A stretch of 64,000 bases of DNA from Eledone cirrhosa (lineage: Eukaryota), in contig OZ024741.1 in assembly GCA_964016885.1 (NCBI GenBank), forward strand, positions 250,852,001 to 250,916,000, given 5' to 3'. This document shows positions 40,001 to 56,149 of this stretch, piece after piece; positions within the stretch are counted from its first letter, which is position 1, and the number at the start of each line of letters is the position of its first letter. Under the pieces are notes generated by a model. That model was not told the DNA's origin and ran no database searches. It worked only from the letters and a program-made list of their open reading frames with translations. The position numbers were made by a program, and so were the translations under genes.

Positions 40001-41282
40001 AGCACCAAACACCAAGCACCAAGCACCAAACACCAAACCCCAAGCAGCAAGCACCAAACACTAATCACCAAGCACCAAGCACCAAACACCAAACACCAAG
40101 CACCAAAGACCAAGCACCAGGCACCAAGCACCAAACACCAAGCACCAAGCACCAAGCACCAAACACCAATCACCAAGCACCAAACGCCAACCACCCAGCA
40201 CCAAGCACCAAGCACCAACCACCAAGCACCAAACACCAAACACCAAGCACCAAGTACCAAACACCAAGCACGAAGCACCAAGCACCAAACACCAAGCCCC
40301 AAGTACCAAGCACCAAACACCAAGCACCAAACACCAAGCACCAAGCACCAAGCACCTAGCACCAAACACCAAACACCAAGCACCAAGCACCAAACACCAA
40401 GGACCAATCACCAAGCACCAAGCAGCAAGCAGCAAGCACCAAACACCAAACACCAAGCACCAAGCACCAAACACCAAGCACCAAGCACCAAACACCAAGC
40501 ACCAATCACCAAGCACCAAACACCAAGCAGCAAGAAGCAAGCACCAAACACCAAACACCAAGCACCAAGCACCAAACACCAAGCACCAAGCAACAAACAC
40601 CATGCACCAGGCACCAAGCACCAAACACCAAGCACCAAGCACCAAGCATCAAGTACCAAGCATCAAACACCAAACACCAAGCACCAAGCACCAAACACCA
40701 AACACCAAGCATCAAACACCAAACACAAAACACCAAGCACCAAGCAGCAAGCACCAAGCACGCAGCACCAAACAGCAAACACCAAGCACCAATCACCAAA
40801 CAACAAGCACCAGGCACCAAGCACCAAACACCAAACACCAAGCAGCAAGCACCAAACACCAAACACCAAGAACCAAGCACCAAACACCAAACAGCAAACA
40901 ATAAACACGAAACAGCAAACACCAAACACCAAACAGCAAACACCAAATATGAAACAGCAAACACCATAGAGCAAACACCAAACACCAAAAAGCAGACACC
41001 AAACAGCAAACAGCAAACACCAAACACCAAACAGCAATCAGCAAACAGCAAACACCAAGCACCAAACACCAAGTACCAAGCACCAAACACCAAGCACCAA
41101 GCACCAAACACCAAACCCCAAGCACCAAGCACCAAACACTAATCACAATGCACCAAGCACCAAGCACCAAACACCAAGCACCAAGCACCAAGCACTAAAC
41201 ACCAAACACCAAAGACCAAGCACCAAGCACCAAGCACCAAACACCAAGCACCAAGCCCCAAGCACCAAACACCAAGCACCAA
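34020..41282. repeat. Nested higher-order duplications with offsets 777, 2548, 3325 and 3612 bp
   Basis: An identical 100-aa pseudo-ORF occurs at 34442, 36990, 37767 and 40602. Block ~35280-37670 matches ~38892-41282 (CAATAAA at 35292/38904). CGCCAAC occurs at 34025/36573. All four offsets are multiples of 7. Confidence 0.9.
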
Positions 41283-41849
41283 GCACCAAACACCAACCAC
41301 CCAGCACCAAGCACCAAACACCAAGCACCAAGCACCAAGCACCAAACACCAAACACCAAGCACCAAACACCAAGCACCAAGCACCTAGCACCAAAAACCA
41401 AACACCTAGCACCAAGCACCAAACACCAAGCATCAATCACCAAGCACCAAACACCAAGTAGCAAGCACCAACCACCAAACACCAAGCACCAAGAACCAAA
41501 CACCAAACACCAAGCACCAAGCACCAAACACCTAACACCAAGCACCAAGCACCAAACACCAAACACCAAGCACCAAGCACCAAACACCAAGCACCAGGCA
41601 CCAAACACCAAACACCAAGCACCAAGCACCAAGCAACAAGCACCAAGCACCAAGCACAAAACACCAAGCACCAAGCACCAAACACCTAACAGCAACCACC
41701 AAGCACAAAGCACCAAGCACCAAACACCAAGCACCAAACACCAAACACCAAGAACCAAGCACCAAACACCAAGCAGCAAGCACCAAGTACAAACACCAAG
41801 CACCAAGCTCCAAACACAAAGCACCAATCACCAAGCATCAAACACCAAG

Positions 41850-44800
41850 CATCAAACACCAAACACCAAACACCAAGCACCAAACACCAAACACCAAACA
41901 CCAAACAACAAGCACCAAGCACCAAGCACCAAACACCAAGCACCAAGCACCAAACACCAAATACCAAGCACCAAGCGCCAAACACCAAGCACCAAAAACT
42001 AAAGACCAAACAGGAAACACCAAACACCAAACACCAAACAGCAAACAGCAAACACCAAACACCAAGCACCAAGCACCAAACACCAAGCACTAAGCACCAT
42101 ACACCAAGCACCAAGCACCAAGCACCAAACACCAAGCACCAAACACCAAACACCAAGCACCAAGCACCAAGCATCAAACACCAAACACCAAGCACCAAGC
42201 ACCAAGCACCAAACACCAAGCACGCAGCACGAAACACCAAGCACCAAGCACCAAACACCAAGCACCAAGCACCAAGCACCAAACACCAGCACCAAGCACG
42301 AAACACCAAATACCAAGCACCAAGCACCAAACACCAAGCACCAAAGACTAAAGACCAAACAGGAAACACCAAACACCAAACACCAAACTGCAAACAATAA
42401 ACACGAAACAGCAAACACCATACAGCAAACACCAAACACCAAAAAGCAGACACCAAACAGCCAACAGCAAACACCAAACACCAAACACCAAACACCAAAC
42501 AGCAAACACCAAACACCAAGCACCAAACACCAAGCACCAAGCACCAAGCACCAAACAACCAGCACCAAACACCAAACCCCACGCACCAAGTACCAAACAC
42601 TAATCACCAAGCACCAAGCACCAAACACCAAGCACCAAGCACCAAACACCAAACACCAAAGACCAAGAACCAAGCACCAAGCACCAAACACCAAGCACCA
42701 AGCACCAAACACCAAACACCAAGCACCAAGCACCAAACACCAAGCACCAAGCACCGAACGCCAACCACCCAGCACCAAGCACCACGCACCAAACACCAAG
42801 CACCAAACACCAAACACCAAGCACCTAGCACCAAACAGCAAGCACGAAGCACCAAGCACCAAACACCAAGCCCCAAGTACCAAGCACCAAACACCAAGCA
42901 CCAAACACCAAGCACCAATCACCAAGCACCAAACACCAAGCAGCAAGCAGCAAGCACCAAACACCAAACACCAAGCACCAAGCACCAAACACCAAGCACC
43001 AAGCACCAAACACCTAACATCTAACACCAAGCACCAAGCACCAAGCACCAAACACCAAGCACCAAACACCAAACACTAAGCACCAAACACCAGACACCAA
43101 GCATCAAGCACCAAACACCATGCACCAGGCACCAAGCACCAAACACCAAGCACCAAGCACCAAACACCAAGCACCAAGCATGAAGCACCAAACACCAAAC
43201 ACCAAGCACCAAACACCTAACACCAAGCACCAAGCACCAAACACCAAGCACCAAACACCAAACACCAAGCACCAAGCACCAAACACCAAGCACCATGCAC
43301 CTAACACCAAGCACCAAACACCAAGAACCAAGCACAAAACACCAAGCACCAAGCACCAAACACCAAGCACCAGGCACCAAGCACCAAACACCAAGCACCA
43401 AGCACCAAACACCAAGCACCAAGCACGAAGCACAAAACACCATGCACCAAGCACCAAACACCTAACACCAACCACCAAGCACAAAGCACCAAGCACCAAA
43501 CACCAAGCACCAAGCACCAAACACCAAGCACCAAACACCAAGAACCAAGCACCAAACACCAAGCACCAAGCACCAAACACCAAGCACCAAGCACCAAGCA
43601 CCAAACACCAAGCACCAAGCACCAAAAACCAAACACCAAGCACCAAACACCAAACACCAAGAACCAAGCACCAAACACCAAGCACCAAGCACCAAGCACC
43701 AAACACCAAACACCAAGCACCAAACACCAGACACCAAGCACCAAACACCAAACATCAAGCCCCAAGCACCAAACACCAAACAACAAGCACCAGGCACCAA
43801 GCACCAAACACCAAACACCAAGCACCAAGCACCAAGCACCAAACACCAAACAGCAAACAGGAAACACCAAACAGCAAACAGCAAACTCCAAATATGAAAC
43901 AGCAAACACCATACAGCAACCACCAAACACCAAAAAGCAGACACCAAACAGCAAAGAGCAAACACCAAACACCAAACAGCAAACAGCAAACACCAAACAC
44001 CAAGCACCAAGCACCAAGCACCAAACACCAAACACCAAGCACCAAACACCAAGCACCAAGCACCAAGCGACAAACACCAAGCACCAAGCACCATGCACCA
44101 AGCACCAAGCACCAAACACCCAGCACCAAGCACCAAACACCAAGCACCAAACACCAAACACCAAACACCAAGCACCAAGAACAAAGCACCAAGCACCAAA
44201 CACCAAGCCCCAAGCACCAAGCACCAAACACAAAACACCAAGCACCAAGCACCTAACACAAAGCACCAAACTGCAAACACCAAACCCCAAACAGCAAACA
44301 GCAAACAGCAAACAGCAAACAGCAAACAGCAAACAGCTAACAGCAAACACCAAACACCAAGCACCAAGCACCAAGCACTAAGCACTAAGCACCAAACACC
44401 TGCACCAAGCACCAAGCACCAAACACCAAGCACCAAGCACCAAACACCAAGCACCAATCACCAAACACCAAGCACCAAGCACCAAGCACCAAGCACCAAA
44501 CACCAAACACGCAGCACGAAACACCAAGCACCAAGCACCAAACACCAAGCACCAAGCACCAAACACCAAACACCAAACACCAAACAACAAGCACCAAGCA
44601 CCAAGCACCAAACACCAAGCACCAAGCACCAAACACCAAATACGAAGCACCAAGCACCAAGCACCAAACACCAAGCCCCAAGTACCAAGCACCAAACAAT
44701 AAACACGAAACAGCAAACACCATACAGCAAACACCAAACACCAAAAAGTAGACACTAAACAGCAAAAAGCAAACACCAAACACCAAACACCAAACACCAA

Positions 44801-47800
44801 ACAGCAAACACCAAACACCAAGCACCAAACACCAAGCACCAAGCACCAAACACCAAGCACCAAGCACCGAACGCCAACCACCCAGCACCAAGCACCAAGC
44901 ACCAAACACCAAGCACCAAACACCAAACACCAAGCACCAAACACCAAGCACGAAGCACCAAGCACCAAACGCCAAGCCCCAAGTACCAAGCACCAAATAC
45001 CAAGCACCAAACACCAAGCACCAAGCACCAAGCACCAAACACCAAGCACCAATCACCAAGCACCAAACACCAAGCAGCAAGCAGGAAGCACCAAACACCA
45101 AACACCAGGCATCAAGCACCAAACACCAATCACCAAGCACCAAACACCAAGCACCAAGCATGAAGCACCAAACACCTAACACCAAGCACCAAGCACCAAG
45201 CACCAAACACCAAGCACCAAACACCAAACACCAAGCACCAAGCACCAAGCACCAAACACCAAGCACCAAACACCAAGCACAAAGCACCAAGTACAAACAC
45301 CAAGCACCAAGCACCAAACACCAAGCACCAAGCACCAAGCATCAAGCACCAAGCATCAAACACCAAACACCAAGCACCAAGCACCAAACACCAAACACCA
45401 AGCATCAAACACCAAACACAAAACACCAAGCACGAAGCACCAAGCACCAAGCACGCATCACCAAACACCAAGCTCCAAGCACCAAACACCAAACACCAAG
45501 CACCAAGCACCAATCACCAAGCACAAAGCACCAAACACCAAGCACCAGGCACCAAGCACCAAACACCAAGCACCAAACACCAAGCACCAAGCACGAAGCA
45601 CAAAACACCAAGCACCAAGCACCAAACACCTAACACCATCCACCAAGCACAAAGCACCAAGCACCAAACACCAAGCACCAAAGACCAAACACCAAGCACC
45701 AAGCACCAAGCACCAAACACCAAGAACCAAGCACCAAACACCAAGCACCAAGCACCAAGTACAAACACCAAGCACCAAGCACCAAACACCAAGCACCAAG
45801 CACCAAGCACCAAGCATCAAACACCAAGCATCAAACACCAAACACCAAACACCAAGCACCAAACACCAAACACAAAACACCAAGCACCAAGCACCAAACA
45901 CCAAGCACCAAGCACCAAACACGAAACACCTAGCAACAAACACCAAACACCAAGCACCAAGCACCAAACACCAAACACCAAGCACCAAGCACCAAACACT
46001 AAACACCAAGCACCAAACACCAGACACCAAGCACCAAACACCAAACATCAAGTACCAAGCACCAAGCACCAAACACCAAACAGCAAACAGGAAAAACCAA
46101 ACAGCAAACAGCAAACTCCAAACATGAAACAGCAAACACCATACAGCAAACACCAAACACCAAAAAGCAGACACCAAACAGCAAACAGCAAACAGCAAAC
46201 ACCAAACAGCAAACAGCAAACACCAAACACCAAGCACCAAGCACCAAGCACCAAACACCAAACACCAAGCACCAAACACCAAGTACCAAGCACCAAGAGA
46301 CAAAAACCAAGCACCAAGCACCATGCACCAAACACCAAGCACCAAGCACCAAACACCCAGCACCCAGCACCAAGCACGAAACACCAAGCACCAAACACCA
46401 AAACACCAAACACCAGGCACCAAGAACCAAGCACCAAGCACCAAACACCAAGCACCAAGCGCCAAACACAAAACACCAAGCACCAAACACCAAGCACCAA
46501 ACAGCAAGCACCAAACAGCAAACACCAAACAGCAAACAGCAAACAGTAAACACCAAACACCAAGCACCAAGCACCAAGCACTAAGCACTAAGCACCAAAC
46601 ACCAAGCACCAAGCACCAAGCACCAAACACCAAGCACCAAACACCAAACACCAAGCACCAAGCATCAAACACCAAACACCAAACACCAAGCACCAAGCAC
46701 CAAACACCAAACACCAAGCACGCAGCACGAAACACCAAGCACCAAGCACCAAGCACCAAACACCAAATACCAAGCACCAAGCACCAAACACCAAGCACCA
46801 AAAACTAAAGACCAAACAGGAAACACCAAACACCAAACACCAAACACCAAACAGCAAACAATAAACACGAAACAGCAAACACCATACAGCAAACACCAAA
46901 CACCAAAAAGCAGACACCAAACAGCAAACAGCAAACACCAAACACCAAACACCAAACAGCAAACACCAAACACCAAGCACCAAACACCAAGCACCAAGCA
47001 CCAAACACCAAGCACCAAGCACCAAACACCAAACCCCAAGCACCAAGCACCAAACACTAATCACCAAGCACCAAGCACCAAACACCAAGCACCAAGCACC
47101 AAACACCAAACACCAAGCACCAAAGACCAAGCACCAAGCACCAAGCACCAAACACCAAGCACCAAGCACCAAGCATCAAGCACCAAGCACCAAACACCAA
47201 GCACCAAGCACCGAACGCCAACCACCCAGCACCAAGCACCAAGCACCAAGCACCAAGCACCTAGAACCAAACACCAAACCAAGCATCAAGCACCAAACAC
47301 CAAGCACCAATCACCAAGCACCAAACACCAAGCAGCAAGCAGCAAGCACCAAACACCAAACACCAAGCACCAAGCACCAAACACCAAGCACCAAGCACCA
47401 AACACCTAACACCTAAGACCAAGCACCAAGCACCAAGCACCAAACACCAAGCACCAAAGACCAAGCACCAAACACCAAGCACCAAGCAGCAAACACCAAG
47501 CACCAAGCACCAAGCACCAAACACCAAGCCCCAAGTACCAAGCACCAAACACCAAGCACCAAACACCAAGCACCAAGCACCAAGCACCTAGCACCAAACA
47601 CCAAACCAAGCACCAAGCACCAAACACCAAGCACCAATCACCAAGCACCAAACACCAAGCAGCAAGCAGCAAGCACCAAACACCAAACACCAAGCACCAA
47701 GCACCAAACACCAAGCACCAAGCACCAAACACCTAACACCTAACACCAAGCACCAAGCACCAAGCACCAAACACCAAGCACCAAACACTAAACACCAAGC

Positions 47801-50800
47801 ACCAAGCAACAAACACCTTGCACCAGGCACCAAGCACCAAACACCAAGCACCAAGCACCAAACACCAAGCACCAAGCATGAAGCACCAAACACCTAACAC
47901 CAAGCACCAAGCACCAGGCACCAAACACCAAGCACCAAACACCAAACACCAAGCACCAAACACCAAGCACCAAGCACCAAACACCAAGCACCAAACACCA
48001 AGAACCAAGCACAAAAAACCCAAGCACCAAGTACAAACAGCAAGCATCAAGCACCAAGCACGAAGCTGCAAGCATCAAACACCAAGCATCAAACACCAAA
48101 CACCAAATACCAAGCACCAAGCACCAAGCACCAAACACCAAGCACCAAGCACCAAACACCAAATACCAAGCACCAAGCACCAAACACCAAGCACCAAAAA
48201 CTAAAGACCAAACAGGAAACACCAAACACCAAACACCAAACAGCAAACAGCAAACACCAAACACCAAGCACCAAGCACCAAACACCAAGCACTAAGCACC
48301 ATACACCAAGCACCAAGCACCAAGCACCAAACACCAAGCACCAAACACCAAACACCAAGCACCAAGCACCAAGCATCAAACACCAAACACCAAGCACCAA
48401 GCACCAAGCACCAAACACCAAGCACGCAGCACGAAACACCAAGCACCAAGCACCAAACACCAAGCACCAAGCACCAAGCACCAAACACCAGCACCAAGCA
48501 CGAAACACCAAATACCAAGCACCAAGCACCAAACACCAAGCACCAAAGACTAAAGACCAAACAGGAAACACCAAACACCAAACACCAAACACCAAACACC
48601 AAACAATAAACACGAAACAGCAAACACCATACAGCAAACACCAAACACCAAAAAGCAGACACCAAACAGCCAACAGCAAACACCAAACACCAAACACCAA
48701 ACACCAAACTGCAAACAGCAAACACCAAGCACCAAACACCAAGCACCAAGCACCAAGCACCAAACAACAAGCACCAAACACCAAACCCCACGCACCAAGT
48801 ACCAAACACTAATCACCAAGCACCAAGCACCTAACACCAAGCACCAAGCACCAAACACCAAACACCAAAGACCAAGAACCAAGCACCAAGCACCAAACAC
48901 CAAGCACCAAGCACCAAACACCAAGCACCAAGCACCGAACGCCAACCACACAGCACCAAGCACCACGCACCAAACACCAAGCACCAAACACCAAACACCA
49001 AGCACCTAGCACCAAACAGCAAGCACGAAGCACCAAGCACCAAACACCAAGCCCCAAGTACCAAGCACCAAACACCAAGCACCAAACACCAAGCACCAAT
49101 CACCAAGCACCAAACACCTTGCAGCAAGCAGCAAGCACCAAACACCAAACACCAAGCACCAAGCACCAAACACCAAGCACCAAGCACCAAACACCTAACA
49201 TCTAACACCAAGCACCAAGCACCAAGCACCAAACACCAAGCACCAAACACCAAACACCAAGCACCAAACACCAAACACCAAGCATCAAGCACCAAACACC
49301 ATGCACCAGGCACCAAGCACCAAACACCAAGCACCAAGCACCAAACACCAAGCACCAAGCATGAAGCACCAAACACCAAACACCAAGCACCAAACACCTA
49401 ACACCAAGCACCAAGCACCAAACACCAAGCACCAAACACCAAACACCAAGCACCAAGCACCAAACACCAAGCACCATGCACCTAACTCCAAGCACCAAAC
49501 ACCAAGAACCAAGCACAAAACACCAAGCACCAAGCACCAAACACCAAGCACCAGGCACCAAGCACCAAACACCAAGCACCAAGCACCAAACACCAAGCAC
49601 CAAGCACGAAGCACAAAACACCATGCACCAAGCACCAAACACCTAACACCAACCACCAAGCACAAAGCACCAAGCACCAAACACCAAGCACCAAGCACCA
49701 AACACCAAGCACCAAAGACCAAGAACCAAGCACCAAACACCAAGCACCAAGCACCAAACACCAAGCACCAAGCACCAAGCACCAAACACCAAGCACCAAG
49801 CACCAAAAACCAAACACCAAGCACCAAACACCAAACACCAAGCACCAAGCATCAAACACCAAACACCAAGCACCAAGCACCAAACACCAAACACCAAGCA
49901 CCAAACACCAGACACCAAGCACCAAACACCAAACATCAAGCCCCAAGCACCAAACACCAAACAACAAGCACCAGGCACCAAGCACCAAACACCAAACACC
50001 AAGCACCAAGCACCAAGCACCAAACACCAAACAGCAAATAGGAAACACCAAACAGCAAACAGCAAACTCCAAATATGAAACAGCAAACACCATACAGCAA
50101 CCACCAAACACCAAAAAGCAGACACCAAACAGCAAAGAGCAAACACCAAACACCAAACAGCAAACAGCAAACACCAAACACCAAGCACCAAGCACCAAGC
50201 ACTAAACACCAAACACCAAGCACCAAACACCAAGCACCAAGCACCAAGCGACAAACACCAACCACCAAGCACCATGCACCAAGCACCAAGCACCAAACAC
50301 CCAGCACCAAGCACCAAACACCAAGCACCAAACACCAAACACCAAACACCAAACACCAAGCACCAAGAACAAAGCACCAAGCACCAAACACCAAGCCCCA
50401 AGCACCAAGCACCAAACACAAAACACCAAGCACCAAGCACCAAACACAAAGCACCAAACACCAAACACCAAACAGCAAACAGCAAACAGCAAACAGCTAA
50501 CAGCAAACACCAAACACCAAGCACCAAGCACCAAGCACTAAGCACTAAGCACCAAACACCAAGCACCAAGCACCAAGCACCAAACACCAAGCACCAATCA
50601 CCAAACACCAAGCACCAAGCACCAAGCACCAAGCACCAAACACCAAACACCAAACACCAAACAACAAGCACCAAGCACGAAGCACCAAACACCAAGCACC
50701 AAGCACCAAACACCAAATACGAAGCACCAAGCACCAAGCACCAAACACCAAGCCCCAAGTACCAAGCACCAAACAATAAACACGAAACAGCAAACACCAT

Positions 50801-53800
50801 ACAGCAAACACCAAACACCAAAAAGCAGACACCAAACAGCAAAAAGCAAACACCAAACACCAAACACCAAACACCAAACAGCAAACACCAAACACCAAGC
50901 ACCAAACACCAAGCACCAAGCACCAAACACCAAGCACCAAGCACCGAACGCCAACCACCCAGCACCAAGCACCAAGCACCAAACACCAAGCACCAAACAC
51001 CAAACACCAAGCACCAAACACCAAGCACGAAGCACCAAGCACCAAACGCCAAGCCCCAAGTACCAAGCACCAAACACCAAGCACCAAACACCAAGCACCA
51101 AGCACCAAGCACCTAGCACCAAACACCAAACACCAAGCACCAAGCACCAAACACCAAGCACCAATCACCAAGCACCAAACACCAAGCAGCAAGCAGCAAG
51201 CACCAAACACCAAACACCAGGCATCAAGCACCAAACACCAATCACCAAGCACCAAACACCAAGCACCAAGCATGAAGCACCAAACACCTATCACCAAGCA
51301 CCAAGCACCAAGCACCAAACACCAAGCACCAAACACCAAACACCAAGCACCAAGCACCAAGCACTAAGCACCAAACACCAAGCACCAAACACCAAGCACA
51401 AAGCACCAAGTACAAACACCAAGCACCAAGCACCAAACACCAAGCACCAAGCACCAAGCATCAAGCACCAAGCATCAAACACCAAACACCAAGCACCAAG
51501 CACCAAACACCAAACACCAAGCATCAAACACCAAACACAAAACACCAAGCACGTAGCACCAAGCACCAAGCACGCATCACCAAACACCAAGCCCCAAGCC
51601 CCAAACACCAAACACCAAGCACCAAGCACCAATCACCAAGCACAAAGCACCAAACACCAAGCACCAGGCACCAAGCACCAAACACCAAGCACCAAACACC
51701 AAGCACCAAGCACGAAGCATAAAACACCAAGCACCAAGCACCAAGCACCAAGCACCAAACACCAAGCACCAAACACCAAGAACCAAGCGCCAAACACCAA
51801 GCACCAAGCACCAAGTACAAACACCAAGCACCAAGCAACAAACACCAAGCACCAAGCACCAAGCACCAAGCATCAAACACCAAGCATCAAACACCAAACA
51901 CCAAACACCAAGCACCAAACACCAAACACAAAACACCAAGCACCAAGCACCAAACACCAAGCACCAAGCACCAAACACGAAACACCAAGCACCAAACACC
52001 AAACACCAAGCACCAAGCACCAAACACCAAACACCAAGCACCAAGCACCAAACACTAAACACCAAGCACCAAACACCAGACACCAAGCACCAAACACCAA
52101 ACATCAAGTACCAAGCACCAAGCACCAAACACCAAACAGCAAACAGGAAAAACCAAACAGCAAACAGCATACTCCAAACATGAAACAGCAAACACCATAC
52201 ATCAAACACCAAACACCAAAAAGCAGACACCAAACAGCAAACAGCAAACAGCAAACACCAAACAGCAAACAGCAAACACCAAACACCAAGCACCAAGCAC
52301 CAAGCACCAAACACCAAACACCAAGCACCAAACACCAAGTACCAAGCACCAAGCGACAAAAACCAAGCACCAAGCACCATGCACCAAACACCAAGCACCA
52401 AGCACCAAACACCCAGCACCAAGCACCAAGCACGAAACACCAAGCACCAAACACCAAACACCAAACACCAGGCACCAAGAACCAAGCACCAAGCACCAAA
52501 CACCAAGCACAAGCGCCAAACACAAAACACCAAGCACCAAACACCAAGCACCAAACAGCAAGCACCAAACAGCAAACACCAAACAGCAAACAGCAAACAG
52601 TAAACACCAAACACCAAGCACCAAGCACCAAGCACTAAGCACTAAGCACCAAACACCAAGCACCAAGCACCAAGCACCAAACACCAAGCACCAAGCACCA
52701 AACACCAAACACCAAGCACGCAGCACGAAACACCAAGCACCAAGCACCAAGCACCAAGCACCAAACACCAAATACCAAGCACCAAGCACCAAACACCAAG
52801 CACCAAAAACTAAAGACCAAACAGGACACACCAAACACCAAACACCAAACACCAAACAGCAAACAATAAACACGAAACAGCAAACACCATACAGCAAACA
52901 CCAAACACCAAAAAGCAGACACCAAACAGCAAACAGCAAACACCAAACACCAAACACCAAACAGCAAACACCAAACACCAAGCACCAAACACCAAGCACC
53001 AAGCACCAAACACCAAGCACCAAGCACCAAACACCAAACCCCAAGCACCAACCACCAAACACTAATCACCAAGCACCAAGCACCAAACACCAAGCACCAA
53101 ACACCAAACACCAAGCACCAAAGACCAAGCACCAAGCACCAAGCACCAAACACCAAGCACCAAGCACCAAGCATCAAGCACCAAGCACCAAACACCAAGC
53201 ACCAAGCACCGAACGCCAACCACCCAGCACCAAGCACCAAGCACCAAGCACCTAGAACCAAACACCAAACCAAGCATCAAGCACCAAACACCAAGCACCA
53301 ATCACCAAGCACCAAACACCAAGCAGCAAGCAGCAAGCACCAAACACCAAACACCAAGCACCAAGCACCAAACACCAAGCACCAAGCACCAAACACCTAA
53401 CACCTAACACCAAGCACCAAGCACCAAGCACCAAACACCAAGCACCAAAGACCAAGCACCAAACACCAAACACCAAGCACCAAGCAGCAAACACCAAGCA
53501 CGAAGCACCAAGCACCAAACACCAAGCCCCAAGTACCAAGCACCAAACACCAAGCACCAAACACCAAGCACCAAGCACCAAGCACCTAGCACCAAACACC
53601 AAACCAAGCACCAAGCACCAAACACCAAGCACCAATCACCAAGCACCAAACACCAAGCAGCAAGCAGCAAGCACCAAACACCAAACACCAAGCACCAAGC
53701 ACCAAACACCAAGCACCAAACACCTAACACCTAACACCAAGCACCAAGCACCAAACACCAAGCACCAAACACCAAACACCAAGCACCAAGCAACAAACAC

Positions 53801-54080
53801 CTTGCACCAGGCACCAAGCACCAAACACCAAGCACCAAGCACCAAACACCAAGCACCAAGCATGAAGCACCAAACACCTAACACCAAGCACCAAGCACCA
53901 AGCACCAAACACCAAGCACCAAACACCAAACACCAAGCACCAAACACCAAGCACCAAGCACCAAACACCAAGCACCAAACACCAAGAACCAAGCACAAAA
54001 AACCCAAGCACCAAGTACAAACAGCAAGCATCAAGCACCAAGCACGAAGCAGCAAGCATCAAACACCAAGCATCAAACAC
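41850..54080. repeat. Tandem ~6.0-6.2 kb higher-order duplication (~41850-48080 vs ~48080-54080)
   Basis: Offsets shrink along the copies: 6202 (AACTAAA ~42000/48202), 6181 (43120/49301), 6056 (46124/52180), 6005 (46805/52810), 5984 (47818/53802). Confidence 0.85.
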
Positions 54081-56149
54081 CAAACACCAAATACCAAGCA
54101 CCAAGCACCAAGCACCAAACACCAAGCACCCAGCACCAAACACCAAGCACCAATCACCAAGCACCAAACACCAAGCACCAAGCACCAAGCACCAAGCTCC
54201 AAGCACCAAACACCAAACACCAAACACCAAGCACCAAACAACAAGCACCAGGCACCAAGCACCAAACACTAAGCACCAAGCACCAAGCATCAAACACCAA
54301 ACACCAAGCACCAAGCACCAAACACCAAACACCAAGCACCAAACACCAAACACCAAACACCAAGCACCAAACAGCAAACACCAAACATGAAACAGCAAAC
54401 ACCATAGAGCAAACACCAAACACCAAAAAGCAGACACCAAACAGCAAACACCAAGCACCAAACACCAAGTTCCATGCACCAAACACCAAGCACCAAGCAC
54501 CAAACACCAATCCCCAAGCACCAAGCACCAAGCACTAAGCACTAAACACCAAGCACAAAGCACTAAAGACCAAACACCAAGGACAAAGCACCAAGCACCA
54601 AGAACCAAACAGCAAGCAGCAAGCACCAAACACCAAGCACCAAGCACCAAACACCAACCGCCCAGCACCAAGCACCAAGCACCAAACACCAAGCACCAAG
54701 CACCAAACACCAAACACCAAACACCAAGCACCAAGCACCAAACACCAAGCACCAAACACCATGCACCAAAAAACAAGCACCAGGCACCAAGCACCAAACA
54801 CCAAACACCAAGCACCAAGCACAAAACACCAAGCACAAAGCACCAAGCACCAAACACCAAACAGCAAACACCAAACACCAAACACCAAACAGCAAACAGC
54901 AAACACCAACCACCAATCACCAAACAACAAGCACCAGGCACCAAGCACCAAGCACCAAACACCAAGCACCAAACACCAAACACCAAGCACCAAAGACCAA
55001 ACACCAAACAGCAAACACCAAACAGCAAACACCAAACATGAAACAGCAAACACCATAGAGCAAACACCAAACACCAAAAAGCAGACACCAAACAGCAAAC
55101 CCCAAACACCAAACACCAAACACTAAACAGCAAACAGCAAACACCAAGCACCAAACACCAAGTTCCAAGCACCAAACACCAAGAACCAAGCACCAAACAC
55201 CAAACCCCAAGCACCAAGCACCAAACTCTAATCACAATGCACCAAGCACTAAGCACTAAACACCAAGCTCCAAGCACCAAGCACTAAACACCAAGCACCA
55301 AGCACCAAGCACTAAACACCAAACACCAAGGACCAAGCACCAAGCACCAAGAACCAAACACCAAGCACCAAGCACCAAACACCAAGCACCAAGCACCAAA
55401 CACCAACCACCCAGCACCAAGCACCAAGCACCAAACACCAAGCACCAAGCACCAAACACCAAACACCAAACACCAAGCATCAAACACCAAGCACCAAGCA
55501 CCAAGCACCAAACACCAAGCCCCAAGCACCAAACACCAAACACCAAACACCAAACACCAAACACCAAACACCAAACACCAAGCACCAAGCACCAAGTACA
55601 AACACCAAGCACCAAGCACCAAACACCAAGCACCAAGCATCAAACACCAAACACCAAGCACCAAGCACCAAACTCTAATCACAATGCACCAAGCACTAAG
55701 CACTAAACACCAAGCACCAAGCACCAAGCACTAAACACCAAGCACCAAGCACTAAACACCAAACACCAAGGACCAAGCACCAAGCACCAAGAACCAAACA
55801 CCAAGCACCAAGCACCAAACACCAAGCACCAAGCACCAAACACCAACCACCCAGCACCAAGCACCAAGCACCAAACACCAAGCACCAAGCACCAAACACC
55901 AAACACCAAACACCAAGCACCAAACACCAAGCACCAAGCACCAAACACCAAACCCCAAGCACCAAGCACCAAACTCTAATCACAATGCACCAAGCACTAA
56001 GCACTAAACACCAAGCACCAAGCACCAAGCACTAAACACCAAACACCAAACACCAAACACCAAGCCCCAAGCACCAAACACCAAACACCAAACACCAAAC
56101 ACGAAGCACCAAACACCAAACACCAAACACCAAGCACCAAGCACCAAGT

